Shown here: positions 54,655 through 64,000 of the stretch, piece by piece
Position numbering within the stretch: position 1 is the first letter of the stretch
How the letters are laid out: each line of letters opens with the position of its first letter
Origin: an uncultured Pirellulaceae bacterium
Lineage (GTDB): Bacteria > Planctomycetota > Planctomycetia > Pirellulales > Pirellulaceae
Length of the DNA stretch: 64,000 nt
Reading direction: 5' to 3'
NCBI GenBank assembly: GCA_964444105.1
Contig: CAYUGI010000002.1
Location: 640 to 64,639, forward strand
Translations under genes and position numbers: made by a program
Notes under the pieces: generated by a model
What the model was told of the DNA's origin: nothing
Database searches by the model: none
What the model saw: the letters and a program-made list of their open reading frames with translations, nothing else

Positions 54655-56136
54655 TTATCGCTGCGGTACTTTGCGTTTGTTGTCAAAGCGATTCTGTTTT
54701 AGGCCCGCTGGCGGTTTTCGAGCGTCCTTGATTCGCTGGCGAAGCAAATCAGAAAGTTGCTTGACCGTTGCCGCGCTCTCAGGGGCGTCGGCGATATTGT
54801 TCATTTCGTTTGGATCGCTTCGTTGATCGTACAGTTCGTGACCTGCTGAACCGTTTTCGCCCCACTGTGTGTATCGAAAGTCTTTTGTTCGCACGCTATA
54901 TCCTTGGTCGTACTGCGTGAAAGCCGATTCGCGAACGATTGTCTTTGGGTCTTGCAAGGCAGGTACTAAGCTTTTGCCGGCTAAGAAATCCGGCTTCTCC
55001 AAGCCTGTCAAATCTGCCAGCGTCGGATAAAAGTCAATCATCTCGGCAAATGTCGCCGCCGACTCTCCCTTCGCGACTCCAGGGCCTGCCATGATCAGCG
55101 GTACGTTGGTCGCGTTATTAAACAACGTTGTTTTTTGATAGTGACCGTGTTCGCCCATGTGATAGCCGTGGTCAGAAGTGAAAAGGACAACGGTGTTATC
55201 GGACAATCCGGTTTCCTTCAATGCGTCCAGAATTCGACCCAACTGTGCGTCCGCGAACGTGATCGAGGCGTAGTAGGACCGAATAGCTTTTCGCGCTAAA
55301 TCGTCTGGTAGGTTCAGTTGGGATTTTCGACGCGTGATTGATTTCCGCGCCAGGGAAGGAAGAGTGTCGAGGTATCCGTCGGGAACCTCAGGCACTTTGA
55401 TCGAATCGAGTGGGTACAAATCGAAGTATTTCTTTGGTGCGACGTAGGGAGTATGCGGTCGATAGAGGCCGACGGCCATAAAGAAGCTACTGCTCTCGTC
55501 AGCATGTTTCTTCAGCATCGTGATCGCTTCTGTCGCAGCGATGCCGTCGGTTTGCTCTTCATCGGTTCCATCGGCCGCAAGCCAGCTAAGTGATGCGCCA
55601 TAGCTTCCTGGTGTCACGGAAAAAATCTTGTCTTCATCCGTTTTGTCGCGTCCGCGCGGGTTGATGGTGTAGTCCCATGAATAAGGGTCGTCATGCCCGC
55701 TGGTTCCAATGTGTTTCGGCACGTTGTAGTGGTACATCTTGCCAATCCGAGTCGCGAAGTATCCCGCATCGCGAAACATTTGCGAGACTGTGTTTACGTT
55801 GGGCAAGTGTTCGCGCAAGTAAACTCCGTTTCGGCGAATCAACGTTTGGTCGCAATACAAACCTGTCAGGAACGAAGCCCGACTGGGACCACACAACGGG
55901 TATTGGCAGTGGGTGTTTGGAAAACGTACGCCGCGCGCAGCCAGGGCGTCCAGATTGGGTGTTTGGACTTGATCGTGCCCCCAACTCCCAAGATCACAGT
56001 TCAAGTCATCGCAAACCAAAAAGAGCACGTTCGGACGATCGGCACTCGACTCTTGCCCTTTCGTCTCTTGTCCCGCAAGAATGACGAGGAGAACAAAAAC
56101 AAGATTGCGACAGAAGCTAAGCCGACTGCAAGACAT
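54655..56136 (-). CDS. Formylglycine-dependent sulfatase (iduronate-2-sulfatase-like)
   Basis: VCDDL, LCGPSRASFLTG, GKMYH, RPHTPY, SDHGYHMGEH. Confidence 0.94.
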   Translation of the reverse strand: MSCSRLSFCRNLVFVLLVILAGQETKGQESSADRPNVLFLVCDDLNCDLGSWGHDQVQTPNLDALAARGVRFPNTHCQYPLCGPSRASFLTGLYCDQTLIRRNGVYLREHLPNVNTVSQMFRDAGYFATRIGKMYHYNVPKHIGTSGHDDPYSWDYTINPRGRDKTDEDKIFSVTPGSYGASLSWLAADGTDEEQTDGIAATEAITMLKKHADESSSFFMAVGLYRPHTPYVAPKKYFDLYPLDSIKVPEVPDGYLDTLPSLARKSITRRKSQLNLPDDLARKAIRSYYASITFADAQLGRILDALKETGLSDNTVVLFTSDHGYHMGEHGHYQKTTLFNNATNVPLIMAGPGVAKGESAATFAEMIDFYPTLADLTGLEKPDFLAGKSLVPALQDPKTIVRESAFTQYDQGYSVRTKDFRYTQWGENGSAGHELYDQRSDPNEMNNIADAPESAATVKQLSDLLRQRIKDARKPPAGLKQNRFDNKRKVPQR

Positions 56137-56192
56137 ATACTGGTTCCCAAAGAGGATGGTGGAAAGTGCCAGCAGTCTAACGCAGATGCCGA

Positions 56193-57617
56193 CTAACCAC
56201 TGAGCCTTTGGCAGAAGAGATCCAGCAATTTTTCGCTATTCGCTTGGTCAAAGTGATACGGATCACACCGCATCGAGACGGTTAATTTTCGACCATAGCT
56301 GCTCAGCGATAGCGTGCTGCGTGTGTGCCGTCGTAAGGGGGGCACACCCGAGATCGACTCCAACGTAAATTCATCGCAACTGACCTTGCCTCGCTTCTTA
56401 GGCAGCTTGCATGTAAATCTTCTAGACGGATCACCCGCGTTGGAAACGACGGCAGTGGCCATGCACTTATGACGATTCATGATCCAGGGCAGCATTGATC
56501 CTTGCATCGCTGTAGTGATCGCATTTACAAAAGCCCGCTGGGGATGGCCCTGTTTAATTTCAAGTGTGTCTTGGCGAATCGAATCCAGCAATTTCGTTTC
56601 ACTGGCGAGTTGCGATCGTCTACGTGTGATGAATGTGCAAGCGGTCATATTGCACGCAGGTATTTCAAAATCGTTCCCGTCCCGCATATCAGCCGGGACC
56701 AGTAAACGGATCTTGCCAGATCGACGGTAGCCATCGTTCCAGTCATCGGCCGCCTGAAACATCTTGCACAAAAACCAATCGTTGAGCGTTGCACCCTTAG
56801 AGGTCGCTGCGCTTCGCATTTGAGCAAGTTCATCAGAACTGAATTCTCGTTTGACGATGCCCGGCAGCGTTTTGGTAGTCGGTAGATCCTGAGGAGATTT
56901 CAGCGGTGTGACGCGTGTTCCCAAATGATGCCATGCTTCCTTAAGTGCGACTCCCAATTTTCGTGTCTCGCTATCGCTCATGCGAATGCTGCGCATCTTG
57001 GCTGCACGTACTTTTAACTGTGCCGCGTCGAAATCTCCGAGCTCAACCTTGCCCTCGCAACAGGGTAACTGTTGCATGTAGAGTGCCAGCAGGTCGCCGA
57101 CGAATCGATAGGCTCCCGTCCCGTCGCAAGCGCTGTGATGAAATTGCAACGTGATTTGGGCCGAGTCAGTCGATTGATGCGCCTTGATTCGCAAACCTGG
57201 TTCGGATCGGATGTCGATGAAATCATCGTCACATGAAGCGGGAACCTCTGCTGCGAGCCAATTGGCTGGAGTGGCCGATTCTTGCCACTGGATCGTTGGC
57301 ATTTGATCGACGGATAGTGTCCAGCAGGGCAAGTCCTGTTTACCGGGCTGGATGATGCACATCAGCAACGGATGACGAAACAGTGCCTGCCTGACCGCTT
57401 CGTCTAGCTTGTCACGATCAAGTGTTCCACTGAACTGAAGATCCAAGTAAAACGACATCGGGTATTCGCGTGAGTCATCACTCAGAAAGTACCAATCGAT
57501 GGCTGGCACATGCATCGGAAACGTGCGACCGTAGTCCGGCAAAGATTCTGCATTGCAATCAACGCTTGTCGATTGTTGACGCATTATCATGGCACGGAAT
57601 CTCTCTGAGGAAGTCAA
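56193..57617 (-). CDS. Standalone condensation-domain / CoA-dependent acyltransferase (PapA5/Atf-like)
   Basis: EAVRQALFRHPLL, FHHSACDG (HHxxxDG), ATLND, LLVPADMR, AVVSNAG. Confidence 0.8.
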   Translation of the reverse strand: MTSSERFRAMIMRQQSTSVDCNAESLPDYGRTFPMHVPAIDWYFLSDDSREYPMSFYLDLQFSGTLDRDKLDEAVRQALFRHPLLMCIIQPGKQDLPCWTLSVDQMPTIQWQESATPANWLAAEVPASCDDDFIDIRSEPGLRIKAHQSTDSAQITLQFHHSACDGTGAYRFVGDLLALYMQQLPCCEGKVELGDFDAAQLKVRAAKMRSIRMSDSETRKLGVALKEAWHHLGTRVTPLKSPQDLPTTKTLPGIVKREFSSDELAQMRSAATSKGATLNDWFLCKMFQAADDWNDGYRRSGKIRLLVPADMRDGNDFEIPACNMTACTFITRRRSQLASETKLLDSIRQDTLEIKQGHPQRAFVNAITTAMQGSMLPWIMNRHKCMATAVVSNAGDPSRRFTCKLPKKRGKVSCDEFTLESISGVPPLRRHTRSTLSLSSYGRKLTVSMRCDPYHFDQANSEKLLDLFCQRLSG

Positions 57618-57761
57618 TCAGGAAAACGATTGTCTTCGACACCTTAGTCACGCATCCACTGGTGAACAAATTTTGTCTACCCGAAGTCGTGAAAAGCACG
57701 GAATCAGGCGAAAGAACTGTACAGATATCGTCTCCAAAGACACCCTGCCACAATGATCTTC

Positions 57762-57779
57762 TGGCGGATGCGTCCGCCA
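57762..57779. terminator. Hairpin downstream of the beta-helix gene
   Basis: tggcgga-tgcg-tccgcca, a 7-bp perfect stem 35 nt after the stop at 57814. No U-tract. Confidence 0.3.
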
Positions 57780-57813
57780 CGTCGCAAACCGGATCAGGCC
57801 AGCACTCACGGAG

Positions 57814-59019
57814 TTACTGAAGCTCCAACGCGCCGCGATCGATATTACCAACGCGTCGCTGATTGCCGTACACGTCCAGGCCATATTGGTCGCCACCAGG
57901 AAGACCCGAATTCACCGCCGGGCTAAACGACTCCAGCTGGAAAGTGCCCGGACGAAAGACTGCCGGCCCGTAAATGTTGCTGCCGTCTTGCGACAAGCCT
58001 TGGGTCGGTCCATCGATGACGCTGTAGCCAACCCAGAAGTTGTTAGATTCATACTGCAGGACAGCCTTCTTGCCGGGTCGGGCGACCAGAATGTTGTTGT
58101 ACGCGTAGATTCGCTCCGAGCTGACGATTGAGATCTCACCGCCAAAATCGAAGCTGCCGAGGTTATTTACACAAGTGTTGTTTCGGATCCGAATGTTCTG
58201 GCTCAAGTAATTGTGAATGCCCTGACCACCGTTGCCGAAGCATAGATTATTCTCGACAACGGTCATGCGGTTGTAAGGTGAACCACCACCGGGTTGTTCA
58301 TTGAAAAAATCATCTAGCACGATTCCATTGCCATCTGTCGGGCGTCCCCACAGAGGATTGTCGACGTAATTCCAATTTCCGTAGCACGTATTGTTCCGAA
58401 TGATGATGCCATACGTGCGAGAATCATTGCCACGGTACTGCGGTTGATAGATTGAAATACCGCTGTGCTGTTTGACGTCGAAGAATGCATTGTCGTAGAC
58501 ACGATTCCACTCCACCAAGATCCAGTCGGAGCGGTCGATCGAGATGCCTCCTCCATAACAGTCGTGAACGCGATTACTGCGAACGCGAATGTGGTGACCA
58601 CGATTAACCGAAATACCCTTGGTCAGTTGCGTGCCGCCTGGGTTACTGACATCGAAACCTTGGATCAAAATATAGTTCTTGTCATAAGCGGCAATCGATC
58701 CAACGACTTTCGCTCCACCCGAATTTTCGCTGCGTAATGCTAGCTCGCTCGAACTGCTTCCGCTGCGTCGGAAAGAGACGTTCTCGTAGTAGGTGCCATC
58801 CAAAACAATGACGCGGTCGCCGGCTCCAGCCGAATCAAGTCCTCTCTGAATCGTACGCCAAGGTGTCGAGCGATTCTGAGCCTGCGATGAACTTCGACTG
58901 TCTGAGCCCGATGGCGCGACGTACAAATCCCGGGCGAGTGATAAATCACACCACGAAATCGCTACAGCAAGTGCGAGTAAACGAAGCAAAACGGTGCGAG
59001 TGGAAGCGGTGTGACTCAT
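57814..59019 (-). CDS. Secreted right-handed parallel beta-helix protein with choice-of-anchor Q-like end
   Basis: LYVAPSGSD...PWRTIQ..GD.VIV..GTY.E, repeated IxxN/VxxN rungs, DGNGIVLD, C-terminal DVYGNQR...IDRGALE. Confidence 0.85.
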   Translation of the reverse strand: MSHTASTRTVLLRLLALAVAISWCDLSLARDLYVAPSGSDSRSSSQAQNRSTPWRTIQRGLDSAGAGDRVIVLDGTYYENVSFRRSGSSSSELALRSENSGGAKVVGSIAAYDKNYILIQGFDVSNPGGTQLTKGISVNRGHHIRVRSNRVHDCYGGGISIDRSDWILVEWNRVYDNAFFDVKQHSGISIYQPQYRGNDSRTYGIIIRNNTCYGNWNYVDNPLWGRPTDGNGIVLDDFFNEQPGGGSPYNRMTVVENNLCFGNGGQGIHNYLSQNIRIRNNTCVNNLGSFDFGGEISIVSSERIYAYNNILVARPGKKAVLQYESNNFWVGYSVIDGPTQGLSQDGSNIYGPAVFRPGTFQLESFSPAVNSGLPGGDQYGLDVYGNQRRVGNIDRGALELQ

Positions 59020-59367
59020 CGCTCAAAAACCTGCTTGAAAGTAAATGAAATCTAACCCTTTAATGATAGACAACGAATTATTGTTTCAATTGCAAAGTTC
59101 CAAAATTCACCTGGTTTCTTTGGCTCTGGCGGCCAAGAAATTACGGATCCCGTGACCGCTGCTAGTCGTGAAGCCAGTCCATCAAAGGGGGCTCAGGCGT
59201 GCTCGTTCAACACGCCTCTCGTCTTGCGTGACGGCAGGTTCGATACCGAGCCATTTGGAGAGACCGTTTTGAATTGACCCATTTGATGAAACCGGGCGTG
59301 ATCTCATCGCACTCAGCAATGGCGTCCTGCAGCTGTTCTGCATGAACCTTTTCACGGCTGAGACGGT

Positions 59368-60894
59368 TCACTGACACATTGCTTCGGCATCGCGTTTGAT
59401 TCCTGCGATCATCCGGGGAAAAACGAACCAATGCAGCGGGAACACGGTGTACCAGTAGGCGAGTCCCAGCAGCCCTCGCGGTCGAAATCGAGCTGTCTGA
59501 ATGAGGCGTGTACCACATCCGCTCTTACCCATTCCGCTATGTGGTTCAACACGAAATTCAAGTTCGGCGTCACCGGGTAGTTTCATTTCCGCGTGGAGTC
59601 GCAGCCATTTGCCTTCTTCGAATCCGTTTACTCGCCAGAAATCAACTGCTTCGCCGTAGCTTAGCTCTTGCGGGTGGCGTCGCCCTCGTCGCAAGCCGGG
59701 CCCTCCGATTGCCTTGTCCATCAATCCTCTCAGCCACCACAACCAGTCGGCTCCCCAATAGCCGCAGCGACCTCCGATTCGGCTCAGTGCCCTAAATGTT
59801 TCTTCGGAGCCAGCGTCGATAATTTGAATTCGCTCGTCCTTGAAAACCTTGCCGCCAGACCACTGCGGATCGCCAGGCATTTCACCGGCCGTTGACCAAC
59901 GCGTTTCTATTTCGCCCACTTCCAACTTACCGATTGCGGCATCGATAGCTTCTTGGACGTTTAGCAAGGGACCAGGCATTAGTTGCTCAGCAACGTTGTC
60001 ACGACAGACAGTCCGATTTCGTAGGCCTTCGGCAAGCGGCCGTGCGATACTGGCATTGACCGGTGTGACAAGTGAAATCCAGGCAGAACTGAGTCTTGGC
60101 GTTAGAACTGGAACCGGAAGAATGATTCGCCGCGGCAGGCCAAGCGACTTTGCCATGACCTGCATCAACTTCTTGTAAGTGAAAACGTCGTTGCAACCGA
60201 TGTCGATCACTCGCCCCGCGGTTTCGTTGGCATCCAAGCACTCAACGAGATACCGTAGGACATCACGGATTGCGATAGGCTGCGTCTGAGTTTCTACCCA
60301 TTTGGGCGTGATCATGATCGGTAATCGTTCGACCAGATAACGCAAGATCTCAAACGAAGCTGAGCCAGATCCGATAATCATGGCTGCGCGAAAAACAGTC
60401 GTCGCACATTTGCTCGTCTGTAGTATCTCGGCGACTTCGCGGCGACTAGTGAGATGGTCGCTTAAGTTTGGCCCCAGCTCGCCCAGGCCACCCAAGTAGA
60501 TGATTCGTTTGCACGGGGAACCCTTCAGGCCGTTCACGAAGTTGGTGGCAAGTTCTCGATCGCGCCTCGCGTAGTCTTCGCCCGCGCTGATCATGGCATG
60601 AACGAGATAGTAGGCCGCATCGATGTCTTCGGCTGCTTGGCGGATAGTACCCGTGTCACTCAAATCGCCTTCGACGATCTCCAAACGTTCGTGATTGCGC
60701 CACGAGTAAGCTCGGAGTTTCTCGGGGCTACGAACGAGGCAACGAACAGTGAGACCCCGCTGGAGAAATCGAGGAACAAGCCGACCACCGACGTAGCCGG
60801 TGGCGCCGCAGACAAGAACACGCTTGATATTTGAATCGGTCAATCTGATTTTCCAAGAACAGGGGAGCGACGCGTTATTGTTCGCTGATGGCAA
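59368..60894 (-). CDS. NAD(P)H-binding SDR-like oxidoreductase with C-terminal DUF2867 (YbjT-like)
   Basis: VLVCGATGYVGGRL, YYLVHAM, FRAAMIIGSGSASFE, GLLGLAYWY..FPLH..VF. Confidence 0.9.
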   Translation of the reverse strand: MPSANNNASLPCSWKIRLTDSNIKRVLVCGATGYVGGRLVPRFLQRGLTVRCLVRSPEKLRAYSWRNHERLEIVEGDLSDTGTIRQAAEDIDAAYYLVHAMISAGEDYARRDRELATNFVNGLKGSPCKRIIYLGGLGELGPNLSDHLTSRREVAEILQTSKCATTVFRAAMIIGSGSASFEILRYLVERLPIMITPKWVETQTQPIAIRDVLRYLVECLDANETAGRVIDIGCNDVFTYKKLMQVMAKSLGLPRRIILPVPVLTPRLSSAWISLVTPVNASIARPLAEGLRNRTVCRDNVAEQLMPGPLLNVQEAIDAAIGKLEVGEIETRWSTAGEMPGDPQWSGGKVFKDERIQIIDAGSEETFRALSRIGGRCGYWGADWLWWLRGLMDKAIGGPGLRRGRRHPQELSYGEAVDFWRVNGFEEGKWLRLHAEMKLPGDAELEFRVEPHSGMGKSGCGTRLIQTARFRPRGLLGLAYWYTVFPLHWFVFPRMIAGIKRDAEAMCQ

Positions 60895-60933
60895 GCGGTG
60901 TTCTGGTAGTCAGACATTGCTACGTGTTAGGGC

Positions 60934-61974
60934 CTAGGTGTCGTCAAACTCCATCATCGGATCATCTAGATCACCCGCATCATCATCGTCGTCGAAATCA
61001 ATGTCGTCCGCATCGTCCAAAATCTCCCCCCGTTGCAGTAGTTCTTCAGGTGGTTCTTTGCCGTCTTCAGGAATCCAGCGAATCGTCGGCCGGGGCGGAT
61101 CGGAAAGCGACTCATCACATTCCATCGCATTCCAGGTGACTTCACCGGGGCCGTCCGCGGTGTCACCTTCATCGACTTCATCATCCGTGTTCAGCATGTA
61201 CAGCGACGCATTCCGCAAGAACCGCTCGACATCGGCGGGTTCATAAACATCGCTGTCGTAGACGGCTTCCAAGTCCGGAAGATCCAGTTGTCCATTGCCA
61301 ACCGTATCCATCAATGCCCATGATTCACTGGCGCGAAACAGCCTAACGTTCGTCCACATATCCAGCGGCGGCAGGTCGTGGTTCCACGCGTAATTCAGCC
61401 CTTGGCGAAGACCATTTTCATCGCGAAGAATTTCGCCACCGGGGTTGAAATAGCAAATCGCTTTGGGCAATTCCAACACAGCCGAAACGGCACGCGTCAA
61501 AAATTTCATTTCGCCCATTGGATCGTAATCTTCTGGCACCAACGGGACGTCGGCATCATCGTCCTCTTCTTCGCCGCCAAGTACGTAGCTGATTAAGAAA
61601 CGTACGTGCGACGTATGGCGACTGGCAGCTTCGGTTCCCTCTTCCCAGCCCCAGGATTGTTCGGTCGCACGTTCCAGACAACCAGGAAAGGCCAACGGCC
61701 CAAATTGCCCCAGCGACCAAGCGACAAACCGCTCAGGAGACTCGTCTGGATCGCCCATATCATCGGGCCAAAGCCCAGTCGATGGTGTGACTAGTAGATG
61801 GCCTTTGACTTCAGGTCGATAATGCATCACGAGCGTCTCAGGCGAATCATCGTCTTCGATGGATTCGTGCCGTCCAACGATCTCAAATTCTTTCAGGCAG
61901 CCTTCAAGCTCGGCCATCGAAATGGGTTCCTCCAAGAGGATGCACATTCCTTGAGTGAAAAGACCTTTTGCCAT
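60934..61974 (-). CDS. DUF4261-like domain protein with acidic tail
   Basis: WTNVRLF...WALMDTVG..QLDLPDLE motif; D/E-rich C-terminus. Likely start MAKGLFTQG at 61974. Confidence 0.65.
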   Translation of the reverse strand: MAKGLFTQGMCILLEEPISMAELEGCLKEFEIVGRHESIEDDDSPETLVMHYRPEVKGHLLVTPSTGLWPDDMGDPDESPERFVAWSLGQFGPLAFPGCLERATEQSWGWEEGTEAASRHTSHVRFLISYVLGGEEEDDDADVPLVPEDYDPMGEMKFLTRAVSAVLELPKAICYFNPGGEILRDENGLRQGLNYAWNHDLPPLDMWTNVRLFRASESWALMDTVGNGQLDLPDLEAVYDSDVYEPADVERFLRNASLYMLNTDDEVDEGDTADGPGEVTWNAMECDESLSDPPRPTIRWIPEDGKEPPEELLQRGEILDDADDIDFDDDDDAGDLDDPMMEFDDT

Positions 61975-62076
61975 GTCGCTGCAACTGAGAACGGTGGACG
62001 AAACTGGCCCCTTTTTAGCGGAGAGACCGCGGATCGACGAGGCCAAGTAGTTTCCGACTCATTTTCACGAGCGGTT

Positions 62077-63363
62077 TTAGGCAGCCAATGGTGGTTGCTG
62101 CGCAGGTGCTTGTGGAACCGCGGGCGGTTGCCGGGCAGTCTTGGGTGCATTCCACGCGAATCCGAGTGCTCGTCCAAGCGAGGTTTGTCGGATAAAGGCT
62201 TCGTACAACAGCAGCGAAACGCCGACGCTAACAGCAAAGGCGAGCCCTGTCTTGATGACCGGCGAAAGCGTTGGAAACAACCACTTTAAATCAATGTGCA
62301 ATAGACCCAGCAGTGGATGGTGGACCAAATAGATCCAGAAGGAAGCAGCGGCCAGGTACTGCATTTTGACACTGTTTCGATGAATCAAACGCACCGCCAT
62401 GCCTATCGCGGAAAGTGTCACCAGCGTGGCGCTTGCCGTCGTGACCAATGCCAAAATTGTCTGAGCAAAGAACGGGTTTGTCGCTTGCTTGGTTGTTGAG
62501 TTGGTTTCTAAGTGCCAACGGCCAAGAAAGACTGCCGCGGCCAGGAAAAGCACCGCAAAGGGAACGAGTCTCGGAGCTTGGGATTTCAGTTTGTCTAAGC
62601 CAGGGTCGGCATATGCCAAAAGCAATCCACCAGCGAAAAACGCACCGCTGTAAAGCCATTTGCTCGGTACGGGTGCGAAAGCGTGCTGAAATCCCCAGAC
62701 AACTTCTGGACGAATCACAAGCGTTAGCGTTGCAGTCAGAAACAGGCCAGCAGTTAAGAACAACAAAGCACGTTTGCTGGAAACTTGACGCAGCATCGCA
62801 GCGACATGTTGATTTCTCTTCATTGCCCAAACTACCGCCGACGTGATCGCTACGTACAAGAACAAGTAGAGCAAAAACCAAAGATGACTCAGTCCCCAAA
62901 TGTTCTCGGCCAATGCACCTTCGAATTTGAGACTTTTCATTTTGACGGGTGCGACCAGCCCATCAGCAATCCAGCCGACGATCCAAATGTACAAGTCAAT
63001 TGGTAACACAACGACCATGCCAAACAGGAGCGGGATTAACAAACGGCGTGCACGACTTTTGACGAGGATGCCGTGGCCCTTGCGAATCAATGTTTGCCAA
63101 GCAAAGAAACCTGCCAGCACCAAGAACACCGGCATGATGAATAATTCAATACTCCAGAACAGAAAGTCCACCGGAGTGCTGGCGATGTCCTGTGTAGCCC
63201 ACTGCAATCCGGGCATCGGATTCTCCAGGTAGGGGACACACGCGTGCAGCAACACGACGCCCAAAGCAGCAATGGCTCGGACGGAGTTCAATCCAGGTAG
63301 TTCACGTTTGCTGTTCGCGGGTTCAAGACCGGCTGGATGCAAACGCAGTGACGGCGCATTCAT
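62077..63363 (-). CDS. Acyltransferase family 3 (OpgC/MdoC-like) membrane protein
   Basis: LNSVRAIAALGVVLLH, MPVFLVLAGF, RARRLLIP, SHLWFL, ASFWIYLVHHP; multi-pass. Confidence 0.9.
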   Translation of the reverse strand: MNAPSLRLHPAGLEPANSKRELPGLNSVRAIAALGVVLLHACVPYLENPMPGLQWATQDIASTPVDFLFWSIELFIMPVFLVLAGFFAWQTLIRKGHGILVKSRARRLLIPLLFGMVVVLPIDLYIWIVGWIADGLVAPVKMKSLKFEGALAENIWGLSHLWFLLYLFLYVAITSAVVWAMKRNQHVAAMLRQVSSKRALLFLTAGLFLTATLTLVIRPEVVWGFQHAFAPVPSKWLYSGAFFAGGLLLAYADPGLDKLKSQAPRLVPFAVLFLAAAVFLGRWHLETNSTTKQATNPFFAQTILALVTTASATLVTLSAIGMAVRLIHRNSVKMQYLAAASFWIYLVHHPLLGLLHIDLKWLFPTLSPVIKTGLAFAVSVGVSLLLYEAFIRQTSLGRALGFAWNAPKTARQPPAVPQAPAQQPPLAA

Positions 63364-63471
63364 GTCTTGCGAATTACCAAATCGCGACAAACAAGCGAAA
63401 CCCCAAGGCTGGCTCGCTTTTGAAAGCAATTACCCCATCCCGTTTTCTTATGATTGAGTTAAGCTACACGA

Positions 63472-64000
63472 ATGAATACAAAAACACTGTTTCGCCGTTC
63501 TTGTTTGGCTGTCCTGCTGATTTCGAGTGGCTGCGGTCCAAGTGATACCGTTGATACGGCCAGCAAGAGTGCCGAGACCTCGGTTTCCGATGCGGGAAAC
63601 GCGGATACGGACGCTTCAGCGAAGACTGAAACTCCGTCCAAAGCGCCGCTCTACAGTGATGATGCGTTTCGTGATGCGGCGCTGAATGGAAAAATGGAAG
63701 TCGTTCGTTCGGCACTGGACTCAGGGTCTGACGTCAACGCGGCTGGACCTGATCAGCGGATCGCACTTCATCTAGCCGCATTTAACGGTCACACACCTAT
63801 CGTGAAATTGCTGTTGGAACGTGGGGCGAATGTTAATCACCTGGACACTATTGGTCGTTCCGCATTGATGTATGCATCCACCGAGGACAATGCTCCGGTG
63901 GTGAAGTTGCTGCTAGAGGCGGATGCCAAAATCAACTTGGCGGACAACGATGAAGGATTCACAGCCTTGATGTTTGCGGCAGCTGAGGGGCAAGCTGATG
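63472..64000 (+). CDS. Ankyrin-repeat lipoprotein (partial, runs off the right edge)
   Basis: Not in the track. MNTKTLFRRSCLAVLLISSGC (lipobox-like), then ALHLAAFNGHTPIVKLLLERGANVN, ALMYAS..VVKLLLEADAKIN and FTALMFAAAEG. Confidence 0.9.
   Translation, partial: MNTKTLFRRSCLAVLLISSGCGPSDTVDTASKSAETSVSDAGNADTDASAKTETPSKAPLYSDDAFRDAALNGKMEVVRSALDSGSDVNAAGPDQRIALHLAAFNGHTPIVKLLLERGANVNHLDTIGRSALMYASTEDNAPVVKLLLEADAKINLADNDEGFTALMFAAAEGQAD

Noticed and set aside
59100-59180. Riboswitch upstream of the beta-helix gene
   Set aside because: No recognisable aptamer core or expression platform.

Overview
A 64 kb chromosomal window that looks like a marine planctomycete (Pirellulaceae-like), inferred from PVC-type CxxCH heme proteins, DUF1080 proteins, three formylglycine sulfatases and a Na+-pumping decarboxylase. 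I found no rRNA, tRNA, CRISPR array, transposase or integrase. Housekeeping genes: partial AddB-like nuclease, hisE-hisG-rhodanese, hisH, lepA, ROK kinase, DEAD-box helicase, oadGBA. Accessory genes: TIGR03546/TIGR03545 pair, two amidohydrolase-fold genes, a zincin peptidase + Ddl-like ATP-grasp pair, an atypical MnmE-like GTPase, an orphan TadE-TadG(vWA)-TadE triplet behind a HAMP-only membrane protein, a carbohydrate/sulfate-ester cluster (about 40-59 kb) and a standalone condensation-domain protein. Items missing from the ORF track: the two edge genes, a ~200 nt 6S-RNA-like rod after hisH, a 61-aa ORF behind the helicase that appears to need an ATC start, and several REP-like repeat families. 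All family calls come from motif recognition by eye; no database search was run.
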